Origin: Rhodospirillales bacterium
GTDB lineage: Bacteria > Pseudomonadota > Alphaproteobacteria > Bin95
Length of the DNA: 37,473 nt
Direction of reading: 5' to 3'
NCBI GenBank assembly: GCA_038143065.1
Contig: JAYQLI010000032.1
Location: 1 to 37,473, forward strand
In this document: one piece after another, positions 10,007 through 22,501 of the stretch
Layout: each line of letters starts with the position of its first letter
Numbering within the stretch: position 1 is the stretch's first letter
The notes under the pieces: model-generated
What the model saw: the letters and a program-made list of their open reading frames with translations, nothing else
Told to the model about the DNA's origin: nothing
Database searches by the model: none
Made by a program: the position numbers and the translations under genes

Positions 10007-12103
10007 TTAGCGAGTAAACGCTTGAACGTTTCCTGCATCAACATTGATAATGTTGCCAGTGGATTTCGCAGATGTGTCAGCAGCAAAAAAATAGCATGCT
10101 TCGGCGATATCTTCCGGTAATACCGACCGCTTTAACATTGAACGTTGACGATACATCTCTTCAAGTCCCTGTTTGTCAGTACCATATGTGTCAGCGCGCT
10201 GTTCCAACCATTCGCCTTCCCAGATTTTTGAGCCTCGCAGGACAGCGTCGGGATTGACGACGTTGACACGGATACCTGCCTCTGCGCCCTCCAGAGCCAA
10301 ACAGCGGGCTAGGTGGATCTCTGAGGCTTTTGCAGTGCAGTAAGCAGATGCGTTTGGACTAGCCGCTAGTCCGTTTTTTGACCCCACAAAGACAACAGAG
10401 CCACCCATGTTTTGTATTCGTAAAATCTTGAACGCTTCGCGACTAACAAGAAGTAACCTGTACTCAGGATCTCCATGTTCTTGTTCCAGAGCGAGAGTGA
10501 TGTTTTCTATCGGCGCAGAGGACGCGATGCCCGCGTTGGACACGAGAATATCCAAGCCGCCAAACTCGACTGCAGTTACTGCAAATGCCGTTTCTACGGC
10601 ATTTTCGTCGGTAACGTTCATATTTACAGTGCGAATGGCATCATCACCGAAGCGCTGTCTCAGCTCGTCCGACGTTTTGGCTAGCGTATCTTCATTGATA
10701 TCTGCAAGCATAACGCAAGCGCCTTCTGACAAATAGCGCTCTGCCGTTGCGGAGCCAATTCCACCTGCGCCGCCAGTGACAAGAGCAATGCGACCAGCAA
10801 GAGACTTAGGTTTCGGCATGCGTTGCAGTTTGGCTTCTTCTAGAAGCCAGTATTCGATGTCAAACGCCTCCTGTTTCGGTAGCCCAACATACTCGCTAAT
10901 TGACGATGCGCCACGCATTACGTTGATAGCATTGACGTAAAATTCGCCAGAGATACGTGCAGTCGCTTTGTCTTTAGCAAAGGTGATCATACCTACGCCA
11001 GGCATCATAAAAACGACAGCATTTGGGTCACGGAGGCCTGGGCTATTCGCATTCTTACAGCGATGGTAATAGGCGGTGTAATCATCGCGATAAGCTGCAA
11101 TTTGCCCTGGAAGATTTCCGAGCACTTCGTCGATGTTCCCAGTCTCAGGATTAAAGTTCACTACGAGTGGACGTATCTTCGTCCGTAGAAAGTGATCTGG
11201 ACATGAAGTTCCGAGGGCAGCAAGCGGCTTTAAATTCTTTGAGTTCACGAATTCTAGAACTGTATCACTGTCAATAAAATGACCTACCATGTTATGGCTT
11301 TCAGAAACGAAGCCACGGATTGCCGGCATAAGGCGAGCAGCTATTTCCCGTCGCTTACCGTCTGTGAGGCTAGTGTGCTTGATCCCGCCAAAAACTGGAG
11401 TGTCTGCTGTCTTTTCAGCGAGCCATGCTGTTGCTGTGTTTATCACCTCAATAGTCTTGTCGTAGCATGCTTTTGCAGTGTCGCCCCAGGTAAACAAACC
11501 GTGACTTTCCAGAACAACCCCGTCTGCATCTGGGTTCTCTAAACAAAATTTTTCCAACCAAAGACCGAGCTCATAGCCGGGTCTTTTCCAAAGGAGCCAA
11601 CCAATTTTATCACCAAAAATTTCCTGAGTGAGTACTTCTGAATTTTTCGAAGCAGCTATCGCAATGATTGCGTCCGCGTGAACGTGATCAACGTGTTTCC
11701 GTGGAACATATGCGTGCAGGGGGTATCAATAGATGCGGCGCGTGGGTTTAGTGCGAAAGTACAGTGTGGGAGGTAAGCTACCATTTCATCTTCATATTTC
11801 GCACCGCGATAAAGTGATTTCAGTTTATGAAGCTTGCCCATGTACAAGGTAGAAAATCCATCCAGTTTCATTGAACCGATGTCTCCACCAGAACCCTTAA
11901 CCCAAAGCACTTCTGTGTCTTCTCCAGTTAGTGGGTCTTTCTCCATCACTTTCGCGGAAGTGTTACCGCCGCCATAATTCGTCACGCGCTTATCCGATCC
12001 AAGGATGTTGGAACGATAAAGCAGCTTCTCTGGTTCGCTCATGCCAACAACTTTTTTTTTCATCCCATCGATTTTCGAGAAATTGAGTGTTTGTACTGTT
12101 CAA
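10007..12103 (-). CDS. rhaD: Bifunctional rhamnulose-1-phosphate aldolase / short-chain dehydrogenase (RhaD/RhaEW), frameshifted
   Basis: LLYRSNILGSD, NYGGGNTSAK, GTSCPDHFLRTKIRP, FDIEYWLLEEAKL, then an SDR domain (VTGGAGGIG, YCTAK, VNPDAV). Probable TTG start at 12103 with GGGAGGA RBS. Breaks at the poly-T near 12055 and near 11720. Confidence 0.92.
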
Positions 12104-12176
12104 AATGAATTCCTCCCAGATAACCTGCAACTCACATGCTAAGCGTTAGTTCGAAAATGCGCAGCATGTGTCAAAT

Positions 12177-12249
12177 TGTCAATCAGTAATAATCATTAAT
12201 GATCAAATTTATACCTAAAATGATCATTCATTATTAAAATTGATTGACA
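12177..12249. promoter_or_regulatory. Divergent rha promoter/operator region, candidate RhaR sites
   Basis: 29-bp inverted arms (12177-12205 and 12221-12249, 24/29 match). Each has three 10-bp-spaced pentamers (AATCA/AATCA/GATCA; TGATC/TTATT/TGATT) and ends in an outward-facing TTGACA. Confidence 0.75.
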
Positions 12250-12289
12250 GGTGATCGAATTTGCCTAACTCTCGCTGTCACGGGAGAAA

Positions 12290-13116
12290 ATGATGCACGA
12301 AAGAGAGAGACACCGAGTGATACTGTCCGCCGTTCAGGACCGGCCGGTAGTTGGTGTCGTAGATCTGTGTAATCTTACCGGAGCGTCTGAAGCAACCATT
12401 CGACGAGACATTGCGACATTGGACTCTCAGGAAAAGCTTCGTCGCGTTCGCGGTGGTGCTGAAGCCATAAGCCCACCACAATTTGTGGGACTTGCAGGAC
12501 GTCCGTTCGTCGTGAATGAAACGATCCGGATTAAAGAAAAGCAGGCGATTGCCCGCAAAGCAGTCGATTTATGCGCTGATGGTGATCCGGTAATCATAAA
12601 TGGTGGTACCACCACTTTCCAGATGGTCCATCCGTTAGCCTCGCGCCGTCTTCAGGTGTTCACCAACTCGTTCCCAATCGCAGAGCATTTTATTAAAAAA
12701 TTCAAAAACACAATGATGCTTTCCGGGAGGCACGATCTACCGTGAACAAAACATCATTCTGTCTCCATTTGACAATGACGTGACGAGGAACTTTTACGCA
12801 AAACGCATGTTCATGGGTGCACAAGGAGTTGGACCGCTCGGTCTAATGGAGGCTGATCCGTTGCTTATTCAGGCCGAACAAAAATTGATAGGGCAGGCTG
12901 AAGAATTAATAGTTCTGGTGGATAGTTCAAAATTCGAAAATCGTTCAAGCTTGGTACTTTGCCCTCTTGCACGAGTTACCTCGGTCATCACAGACGAGAA
13001 GGTATCGGATAAAGCGGCTTCGATGCTTGGAAGCTGCTGACGTAAACTTGATCATTGCTCAATCGGGGGCGGATCAAACTGAGGGAGGAGGCGGCCTCTT
13101 AACGGGCCTCAAATAA
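12290..13116 (+). CDS. rhaR: DeoR/GlpR-family regulator of the rhamnose locus, frameshifted; end approximate
   Basis: HTH ASEATIRRDI, RRVRGGA, INGGTTTF and LVDSSKF. Position matches the rhizobial rhaR (not the AraC-type enteric RhaR). Confidence 0.88.
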
Positions 13117-13145
13117 ACATAAATGTGACTCAAGGGAGGAAAACC

Positions 13146-14140
13146 ATGATACGTCGCAATTTTACTAAACTCGTTGCCGGTCTAAGTTTGGCGGCCAGTA
13201 TGATGGGAACCACGGCACTCGCAGAAGACATGCGAATTGCTGTCGTTGTAAAAGCTCTAGGTATTGGCTTTTTCGAGGCTGCTGCAAAAGGTGCAGAGGA
13301 AGCAGCAGGTGAACTTGGTGGTGTAGAAATTATTTACACCGGACCAACGGACACTACTGCAGAGGGCCAGATTGAAGTCATCAACTCGCTAATCGCTCAA
13401 GGCGTAGATGCGATCGCTATTTCAGCCAACGATCCAGATGCGTTGGTTCCATCTCTTAAAAAGGCGATGAGCCGCGGTATTACAGTGGTTTCTTGGGACT
13501 CAGGCGTTGCTCAAGAAGGTCGTCAAATGCATTTGAATCCTTCTTCAACTCCCTTGATCGGAAATACAATCATCAAAGCTTGCTGCAGATCACATGCCAA
13601 ACGGCGGTGATGTTGCAATTCTATCGGCAACAGCTACCGCAACCAATCAGAATGCTTGGATCGAAGCTGCTAAAGAAGTGTTGCCAAATTATGATGGTGT
13701 AAATCTCGTTGCCACTGTCTATGGAGATGACTTGTCAGACAAATCCTACCGCGAAGCGCAAGGCCTAATGGCAACATACCCTGACTTGAAGGCGATAATC
13801 GCACCTACCACAGTAGGCATCCTTGCTTCGTGTCAGGCTGTCACAGATGCGGGTAAGATTGGCGAAATCAACGTTACCGGCTTGGGTCTACCGTCAGAAA
13901 TGGCTGGTTGTGTGGCGTCAGGTGCAACAAAGCTTCGCTATATGGAACCCAATCGACTTAGGCTATGCAGCTACTATGCTTGCCTACAATATCCATAATG
14001 GTGCTTCTACCGAAGCAGGTGCCTCAGTTCCTATGGGGCGTATGGGTTCAGCGACATTGGATAGCACTGGTTCAGCAGCAATGTCTGATCCATTTACTTA
14101 TGATAGCTCGAATGTCGACGACTTTAAGTCGATCTTCTAA
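13146..14140 (+). CDS. rhaS: Rhamnose ABC transporter solute-binding protein (CUT2), frameshifted
   Basis: Signal peptide, VVKALGIGFFEAA, EGQIEVINSLIAQ, ISANDPDAL, YGDDLSDKSY, VTGLGLPSEM, IWNPIDLGY. GGGAGGA RBS. Confidence 0.9.
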
Positions 14141-14156
14141 TTACCTCCTGATGATC

Positions 14157-14174
14157 CCAGCGTGTAAGCGCTGG
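14157..14174 (+). promoter_or_regulatory. Intercistronic hairpin after rhaS
   Basis: CCAGCGT-GTAA-GCGCTGG stem with a GNRA tetraloop. Confidence 0.5.
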
Positions 14175-14204
14175 TCACCTTTCTCAGCATTTTTGGGCTA
14201 GTTG

Positions 14205-15753
14205 ATGACGTCTCAAACAAAAATTACGCCTGAACACGAACCAGTGCCACCAGTCCTTGCACTTGAAGGCGTCACTAAAACGTTTCCTGGTGTAAAGGCA
14301 CTTTCAGACATTAAGTTAGAACTTTTTCCTGGTCAGGTAACGGCGCTCGTGGGTGAAAACGGGGCTGGCAAATCAACTGTTGTTAAAATTCTGACTGGTA
14401 TTTATCAGCCAAACAGTGGGTCTATTCGGTTAAATGGCATTCCCACTACATTCCGAACACCTCAGAGTGCTTCAGATTCCGGTATTACTGCGATCCATCA
14501 AGAGACAGTTCTTTTTGACGAGCTGTCTGTTGCTGAAAATATTTTCCTGGGACATGCGCCGCGAGGAAGATTTAGTTTAATTGACTGGCCAGAAATGGAA
14601 AGTCGTGCTGCCGAAATTTTAATGAGCATTGGTGCTGAAATTTCACCTTCTACTAAGTTGAGTGATCTCGGGATTGCCAACAAGCATTTGGTCGCAATTT
14701 CGCGTGCATTGAGCATTGATGCACAAGTGGTGATTATGGATGAGCCAACGGCGTCATTGTCTCACAAAGAAATCGAGGAGCTATACGAGCTCATTGAAAA
14801 ACTTAAATCACAGGGTAAATCGATCTTATTTATTAGCCATAAATTTGACGAAATTTTCCGTATTGCCGATCGTTATACAGTTTTTCGCGATGGGCAATTG
14901 ATTGGTGACGGTTTGATTGATGACGTTGGTGAGGCCGAGCTCGTTAAGATGATGGTTGGGCGGGATGTGGACCAAATCTTCACGAAGCGTTCTAGTGACG
15001 TAGGGGAAACTATATTGTCAGTTCAAGGCTATTGTCACCCTACTGAATTCGCAAATATCGAATTCAATCTGCACAAGGGAGAAATCCTTGGCTTCTATGG
15101 TCTTGTTGGTGCCGGCCGCTCTGAGTTCATGCAAGCATTATTTGGAATTACTAAACCATCATCTGGAACTGTTCAGATCGATGGGATTGAAGTGTCAATT
15201 ATGTCACCGGCTGAAGCAGTTGCCAACGGCATCGTGTATGTTCCAGAGGACCGTGGTAAACAAGGTGCAATAACTGATCTACCCATCTTTCAAAACATTA
15301 CACTGCCGTCACTGGGGCGGACATCAAAAAATGGACTTCTCCGTTTAGCTGAGGAATTTAAACTTGCTCGCGAATATACGCAACGGCTTGATTTACGCGC
15401 GGCTTCATTGGACACGAACGTAGGTAATCTTTCAGGTGGCAACCAGCAAAAAGTAGTAATTGCGAAATGGCTCGCAACGCAACCAAAGGTCATAATATTG
15501 GATGAACCTACGAAGGGAATTGATATTGGGTCGAAAGCCGCAGTGCATGAATTTATGGCTGAGCTCGTCTCAGGGACTAGCGGTTATAATGGTAAGTTCT
15601 GAAATACCTGAGGTATTGGGCATGTCTGATCGTGTCATAGTGATGCGAGATGGTCGTATGGTTGCTGAACTCACTGGTAACGATTTGTCTCCGGAAACCC
15701 TGGTCCGCTATGCAGCGGGTATCAATGAAGAAGGCTGTGAACACGCATGCTGA
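14205..15753 (+). CDS. rhaT: Rhamnose ABC transporter ATP-binding protein (two ABC domains), frameshift near 15570
   Basis: GENGAGKST, MDEPTASL, YVPEDR, LSGGNQQKVVIAKWL, LDEPTKGIDIG. Tail VSSEIPEVLGMSDR lies in ORF 15502..15753. Confidence 0.92.
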
Positions 15754-16727
15754 AACATTTATTAGCATCCCGAGAAGCACTATTAATGGGGGCAAATCAT
15801 TGTATTGTTGGGGTTAGTCGCTACGCGTTTCCCAAGTTTCATAACCCCAGTAAACCTTGCGAGTGTATTTAATGACACATCACCATTAATTCTTCTCGCG
15901 ATTGGTCAGATGATCGTAATATTAACGAAATGCATTGATTTAAGCGTAGCGGCAAACCTAGCTTTGACTGGTATGGTTGTGGCTATGATCAACGTAGTTG
16001 CTCCGGATGTTCCAGTTGTGGTGATTATGATTGTTGCTATTGGCCTCGGTACCTTGATGGGTGCCTTCAATGGCATACTGGTTTGGAAACTTGATATCCC
16101 GCCAATTGTTGTAACACTTGGAACGATGACCATTTTTCGTGGGATAATATTCCTAATTTCGGATGGTAAGTGGGTTAATAGCCATGAAATGACTGATGCC
16201 TTCAAAGCATTTCCGCGTGCCGAATTTTTTGGTGTGCCTACAATGAGTTGGACAGCTATCTTTGTCTTGATCGTTTTTACCATTGTTATGACACGCACTA
16301 CCGTGGGTCGTTCATTTTACGCAGTTGGCGGAAACCCATGCAGCGACCTACACCCGGTATAAATGTTGGAAAGTCGCAATTTTTTGCGTCACACCATCGG
16401 GTGCGTTGGCTGGTCTTACGGGTTATCTATGGGTTCAAGGTATGCTGTGGTGTATGTTTGATATCGCATGGAGGATTTGAACTCGACGTTGTGCCGTGTG
16501 TAATTGGTGGTGTTTCGATTGCTGGTGGCATTGGTTCAGTTGGGGGGCTGTTCTTGGCGCGTTATTTTTCGAGTAATCAAGAACGCATTACCTGTGATTA
16601 GATTAATGTCTCACCGTTTTGGCAACTTGCTATTTCTGGGACAGCAATAATTATCGCAGTCGCTTTCAATGCTCGTGCCAACCGTGATAGAGGCAGGATC
16701 ATTTGAAGTCATGATGAGGCCCAATGA
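15747..16727 (+). CDS. rhaP: Rhamnose ABC permease, multiply frameshifted; end approximate
   Basis: Start MLKHLLASREALL, then CIDLSVAANLALTGM, IPPIVVTLGTMTIFRG, GRSFYAVGGNP, GFELDV, VIGGVSIAGGIG. Confidence 0.85.
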
Positions 16728-17709
16728 GCACGAATGAACGATTTCTTCCTGACCGTTTACATTCGGCAATGCAGCGCCGATTAAAAAGTTGGGAAACATT
16801 ACTTTTAGCTGTAAGCCGTCGCAATTTTCATCTTTAATAGTTTTGCATCTCCATATTTCCTTAATGCTTGGAATCTGAGTGATGCAACTTTTAATTTTAC
16901 TGAAAAAGCTATGATTGCATTTGCTATGGCTTTGCTAATTATAGCCGGTGAGATTGACCTTTGTCGCATCTATAATCGCCCTGCTCATCGCTGCTATGGG
17001 TGCTGCCGTTCAAGCTGGGGCCGGCACACCGGTATTGATAATTGTGGGTATTAGTACGGGTTTAATTTGTGGAGCGTTCAACGGTGTTTTGGTAACACGT
17101 TGGGGATTGCCATCGATTGTCGTCACAATCGGTACAATGAGCCTGTTTCGTGGTATCAGCTACATTGTGTTAGGTGATCAAGCTTATCGAGGATATCCAT
17201 CTGAATTTTCATTCTTTGGACAAGGCTACGTCTGGTGGGTGATATCATTCGAGTTCGTCCTTTTGCGATTATTGCATTAGTCTACGCGGTAATACTACAT
17301 CAGACAAATTTTGGTCGCGCAGTGTATGCTATTGGCAATAATCCAACAGGTGCGTTGTTTTCCGGTATTCGAGTACAGCGAGTGAAATTCATATTATTCC
17401 TAATGACTGGCTCTGATGTCAGGTATTGCCGCTATCTGTCTTACATCCCGCCTAGGGTCAACACGTCCATCAATTGCGTTTGGTTGGGAGCTTGAAGTTG
17501 TTACAATGGTCGTTCTTGGCGGAGTTAATATTCTTGGCGGATCCGGCTCGATTCCGGGCGTAATAATTGCCGCATTTGTAATGGGACTTGTAACATTTGG
17601 ATTGGGCCTCTTGAATGTTCCAGGTATCGTGATGTCAATCGTTATCGGTATGCTTTTGATCGGTGTGATTGCGCTCCCGCGGGTCTGGCACAATTGGAGA
17701 TCAAGCTAA
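16724..17709 (+). CDS. rhaQ: Second rhamnose ABC permease, multiply frameshifted
   Basis: LPSIVVTIGTMSLFRG, FGRAVYAIGNNP, RLGSTRPSIAFGWELEVVTMVVLGG across ORFs 16948, 17235 and 17416. Confidence 0.85.
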
Positions 17710-18019
17710 TGCAAAATATGCTTTTAAAATGCGGCTAAATTCCGGTTGTGAAAAGAGTACATGAAACGTCACGATGAGATTTGGCCTGAACTTGTTGGTC
17801 TGTTGAAGGACGCTGGAATTTCTGATTATTCCATTCATCTAGACCGCGAAACAAATATCCTTTTTGGCGTCCTTTGGCGGACAGATGAACACACTATGCA
17901 AAACCTACCTGCATGAAGTCATGAAGAAGTGGTGGGCATATATGGCCGATATTATGGAAAACCCACCTGATAATGAACCTGTTGCAAAAGAGCTTTCTAC
18001 CTGTCTTCACATGCCATGA
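17709..18019 (+). CDS. rhaM: L-rhamnose mutarotase (RhaM/RhaU), frameshifted and absent from the ORF track
   Basis: Manual translation gives [50 protein letters not shown] and VFHMP*. It overlaps both neighbours (TAATG, ATGA). Confidence 0.88.
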
Positions 18020-19396
18020 AACCAAATCATATCGCAGTTATCGATATAGGGCAAAACAAACGCTAAAATTGCTTTAGTGGATTTGAACGACTTGTCTGAA
18101 ATTGCGGTCGCAACTCGTCTAATAAGGTGTTGGCTGGTCCCCCTTGGCCGCATTTCGATGTTGATGCTCACTGGGAATTTTTACTGGACGCTTTGACTAA
18201 TTTTCATGCTCAGCATCGCGTGGATGCGATCTCAGTTACCGCGACACATGGCGCATGTGTTGCGCTACTAGACATTAGCGGAACCTCGCAGCACCAATAT
18301 TGGATTATGAACACTCCTGCCTGAAAATATTGCTATAGAGTATGATGAAATTAGACCATCATTTTCGAGACTGGATCGCCACGGCTTCCTTTGGTCTGAA
18401 TGTGGGTGCACAACTATATTGGACGCTTGGACAAGATATTGGGTTTGCTGGATCGCACAATTGTATTGTCACGTATCCTCAGTATTGGGGGTACCGATTA
18501 ACTGGTGTTGCTGCGACCGATATAACGTCGTTAGGTTGCCACACAGACCTTTGGGACCCTTATCAAAACCAGTTTTCATCACTCGTCAAAAGCTTGGCCA
18601 TCCAAAATAAGATCGCTCCAACATGTCTTCCTAGCACCGTACTGGGGAAGAATTTTACCTGCTATCGCTAAGCGTACGGGTCTTTCTGTAGACACCTTGG
18701 TCTATAGTGGAATACACGACTCTAACGCTTCGTTGCTGCCTCACTTGAAAAATTATGAACCTCCCTTCAGTGTCGTTTCCACTGGGACCTGGGTAATCGC
18801 TATGTCAATTGGAGGAAAGCAACCTGAGCTCGACCCTGCTGATGATACGCTCATCAATGTGAATGCTTTCGGTGATCCCGTGATGTCGGCGCGTTTCATG
18901 GGAGGCAGAGAATATGAAATGGTCATCGCGATTTCGCCGGTCGAGCCATCTGACTCAGAAATAGAAGAGGTCTTGCGAGATGATTAATGCTGTTACCAGC
19001 GGTAGTCCCGGATGCGGGTCCGTTTATGGGAATGCAATCGATTTGGAAATCTCCAGAGCCAAATCTTGGAAGCGGTCAGCGAGAAGCCGCAGTTGGGTTT
19101 TACTTGTCGTTAGTGACCGCTCCGGTGCTTAGAATTGATTGGTCATGAAGGACCCATTATTATTGAAGGACCTTTTTGCTCGTAACCGCTGTTTCCTGAT
19201 GATGTTGTCTGTTTATGCTGGCTGTGAGTGAGCAATGGACAGCGCGACGAATACGAGCGCCGGCGCGGCGCTTCTGGCGTCCTTCGATGTAAAAGCAAAG
19301 TGGAGTTTAAATGAGCCGATTAACATTGTTCCGACACAATTATTCGATCTTCTGGACCGATATGCAAAACAATGGCGTTCTTTTGTAATCTCATAG
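18016..19396 (+). CDS. rhaK: FGGY-family sugar kinase of the rhamnose locus (rhamnulokinase/RhaK), heavily frameshifted
   Basis: [72 protein letters not shown]. Confidence 0.85.
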
Positions 19397-19480
19397 CTTA
19401 TAGCGTAAATTGAATACCTATGCCTGGGCTTTTGAGTTAAGGCGCCCATCAATCCTCTATAATTTCCTCAAATTTTGACC

Positions 19481-21679
19481 TCAAAAGTGCTGGTTAAGCT
19501 CTACTTCGCCGCTATCTTTGCCGATGCCAATGTCGAATATAGTTTCATCTTGAACCCAGTCGCGGGTTACAGAGCTCCAGTATTTGAGTTCATCCGGGCC
19601 GAGTTGAAAACTGATAGTTCTGGTTTCACCCGGGGTGAGTGTAATTCTGCGGAAACCCTTCAATTCCCGAACGGGACGGGCCGACGTACCGAAGCGTTGG
19701 TGGATATATAGCTGAACGACTTCGTCAGCAGAAATTGTACCGGTATTCGTGACATCAATCGATGCCGTCAGGGTTTCACCCGGCGCAATTAGATTGGATG
19801 ACAGTCTAAGATTTTCATAGCTAAAGGCTGTATAGCTGAGGCCGTAGCCAAACGGGTAAACTGGTGTATTTGACTCATTCCAATAGCGCATGTAGGTTTC
19901 TTCAGGTTTGAATGACCTCAGATGCGCATAAGGCAGTGGAATCTGTCTATGTTCCGTGGCCAACTGAAAGGCAACTTACCTCCCAGGAACCGCATCACCG
20001 AAAATTAGGTTGGCGGCAGCTTCACCGCCGCGTGTACCGGGATGCAAATCATAAGCTGTGCATCAGGCTTAGCACCTTTCAGATCTAAAGGACGACCTGA
20101 CATAATTATAAGCACCGTTGGTGTGCCCCGTGGCAATACACCTTCAAGTAATTCTGTTGGCGGCCAGGCAGATCGAGCGTAGATCCAGGCATGCTCACCG
20201 ATCATGATTTGCGATTCTCCAAGAACTAAAACGGTAACCTCGGCTTCTTCAGCCAATTTAATTGCGCGAGCGATCTCCTTATCGTCGTCCACAGTGATCT
20301 CAGGCAAAGGCGGCAGAAACGGGTTGTCGAAGATCGACTGGTGTAAGCGCTCAGGCATCGACACTCCAATAGAGTGGTCAACGCGCGTTTCTTACCTGCC
20401 GCCGCACGGATGCCTGACAACACGAAAGTGACTGTTTCGCTTTCATCTTGTGCAAAAATCCAGGGACCCAATGTCGCGACTGGTCGGCGAGTGGGCCTAT
20501 CACCCGCGATTGAAGTAGTTTTTGCGAAAGTGGTAGCAGCTTGTTTTTGTTTTCCAAAAGTACGGCGCAACGCTCAGCAGCCTCCCTCGCTACATCGCGA
20601 TGCTCAGTTTAATAACGATAATGTTGATTTTGCTTCTTCGGCGTTTATGTAGGGGGCCTCGAAAAGACCCATGCGAGCTTTGACGGTCAACACACGACGC
20701 ACAGCCGTATCCAACTGCTCCATTGTGATACGTCCTGCTTCGAGCGCTGCGGGCAGGGTCTTAAATGCCGAGGGTCACCACCAAAGGGGCGTTGCCATTT
20801 TCATATCGATCCCAGCTTTCAGCGCGCGCGTGCCGCATCAGCGATATCCTTTGCAAAATGATGGGTGGTCAAGTCAGATGCAGCGCCAGCGTCAGTCACG
20901 ACAGATCCATTAAAGCCCATGGTGTTGCGTGGTACGTCTGTCATCAGCCAGTGATTGCCTGAAGCAGGCACGCCATTGAGACCCATATACGCGGACATAA
21001 TGTTTCCGGCACCTTCAGAAATTGCAGCCGGAAAGGGAGGTAAATAGATGTTTCAAAGTTCACTTTCGGACAGATCACTTCGTCATAATCGCGTCCGCCA
21101 AGCGAACCGCCATAGCCTGCGAAGTGTTTGGCCCTGCAATCCACGGTTCGGTGAGCCTATATAGGGACCCTGAAAACCACGAACTTGGGCAGCTGCCATC
21201 ACAGAGCCAAGAAAGGGGTCTTCCTGCACCTTCAATCATTCGGCCCCATCGCGGATCGCGCGTAATGTCAACCATTGGAGCAAACGCCCAGTGCAAACCT
21301 ATAGCACGCGCCTCGGTGGCGGCTGTTGTAGCAATCCTCGACAACTTGCGGGTCCCAGCTTGCCGGCCATAGCCAATGGAACGGGAAATACTGTCCTGAA
21401 CCCGTGGATCGCATCAGATCAAACAGCACTGGAATGCCAAGACGCGTTTCTTCAACAGCAATGCGCTGCAAGCAGTTGGTCTCTTCCGGCGTCGAGACGA
21501 AGAGCAACGAACCAGCGCGCCCAGCTCGAAGCTCAGCTTCGACTTTTTCTAGTTGTTCGGAAGCGCCCGAAAAGACGAAATACTGAGTTAGTTGGCCCGC
21601 TTTTTCTTCAACGGTCATCTCTGAGAGTAGCGCGTCCACCTTTTTTTAATTTTGTTGTTGTGCTGGGGAGATTGCTCAT
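19481..21679 (-). CDS. GH3 beta-glucosidase (BglX-like, with C-terminal Fn3-like domain), heavily frameshifted
   Basis: MTVEEKAGQL, ETRLGIP, FAPMVDITRDPRWGR, KHFAGYG, nucleophile region GFNGSVVTDA, YPFGYGLSYT, EVVQLYI, RPVRELKGF. No signal peptide seen. Confidence 0.9.
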
Positions 21680-21804
21680 ATTCAAATCTATTTCATTAGT
21701 TTCTGACGTATTGCGCTGTTGCTTGTTAAAGAGAGCAAAACAATTTATTGAATAGGTAATTCAGCTTAGGTCATTATTGACGTAATAACTGGTAGGGCGG
21801 AGAG

Positions 21805-22501
21805 ATGAAAGCATTGGTAACTTGGGGTGGCTGGGATGGACATGAGCCAGATCTTGTCGCAAAGCAGTTCTCAGAAATGTTAATATCTAATGGTTTTGAC
21901 GTAGATATTTTTGATACCCTAGATTGTTTCGATGACCCGGATGAATTGGACAAGTACGATCTTATTGTCCCCGTTTGGACAATGAGTGAGTTGACAAAAG
22001 AGAAGAGCCAAGAATGTGTCTTATGCGGTATCTCGTGGTACCGGTCTTGCAGGTTGTCACGGTGGTATGTGTGATGCATTTCGTTCAAATGTGCTGTGGC
22101 AGTTTATGACAGGGGCAAATTGGGTGTCGCACCCAGGTGGCGATGGCGTAACATACACTGTAACTATTGTTGATGCTTCACACGAATTAGTATCAGGCAT
22201 TCCGAATTTTGAAGTTACCAGTGAGCAATATTACTTGCATACAGACCCTTCAAATCATGTCTTAGCTACAACACGGTTTCCAACTGTAGATTGGTATCAT
22301 ACCCCGAATGGTGTGGTAAAAATGCCTGTCGCTTGGACAAGATTTTGGGGCTTGGGTCGTGTGTATTACAATGCCCTTGGGCACAAGCAAAACGTCATTG
22401 CGTCGGGCTATGCTTATGAAATGCTTGATAGAGGCTTATTATGGGCTGGCAAAGGGAAAGCATTAGCAAAACCGAACCTTCATAAACTGAAAGAATGGTG
22501 A
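21805..22501 (+). CDS. ThuA-domain (trehalose-utilisation-like) protein, frameshift near 22015
   Basis: WGGWDGHEP, GTGLAGCHGG, SEQYY and WGLGRVYYNALGH across ORFs 21805..22074 and 22016..22501. Confidence 0.85.

Noticed and set aside
3970-12063. Programmed frameshifting or phase variation at homopolymers (T8 near 4035, T9 near 12055)
   Set aside because: Indels occur throughout unrelated genes, including at non-slippery sites. Sequencing error is simpler.
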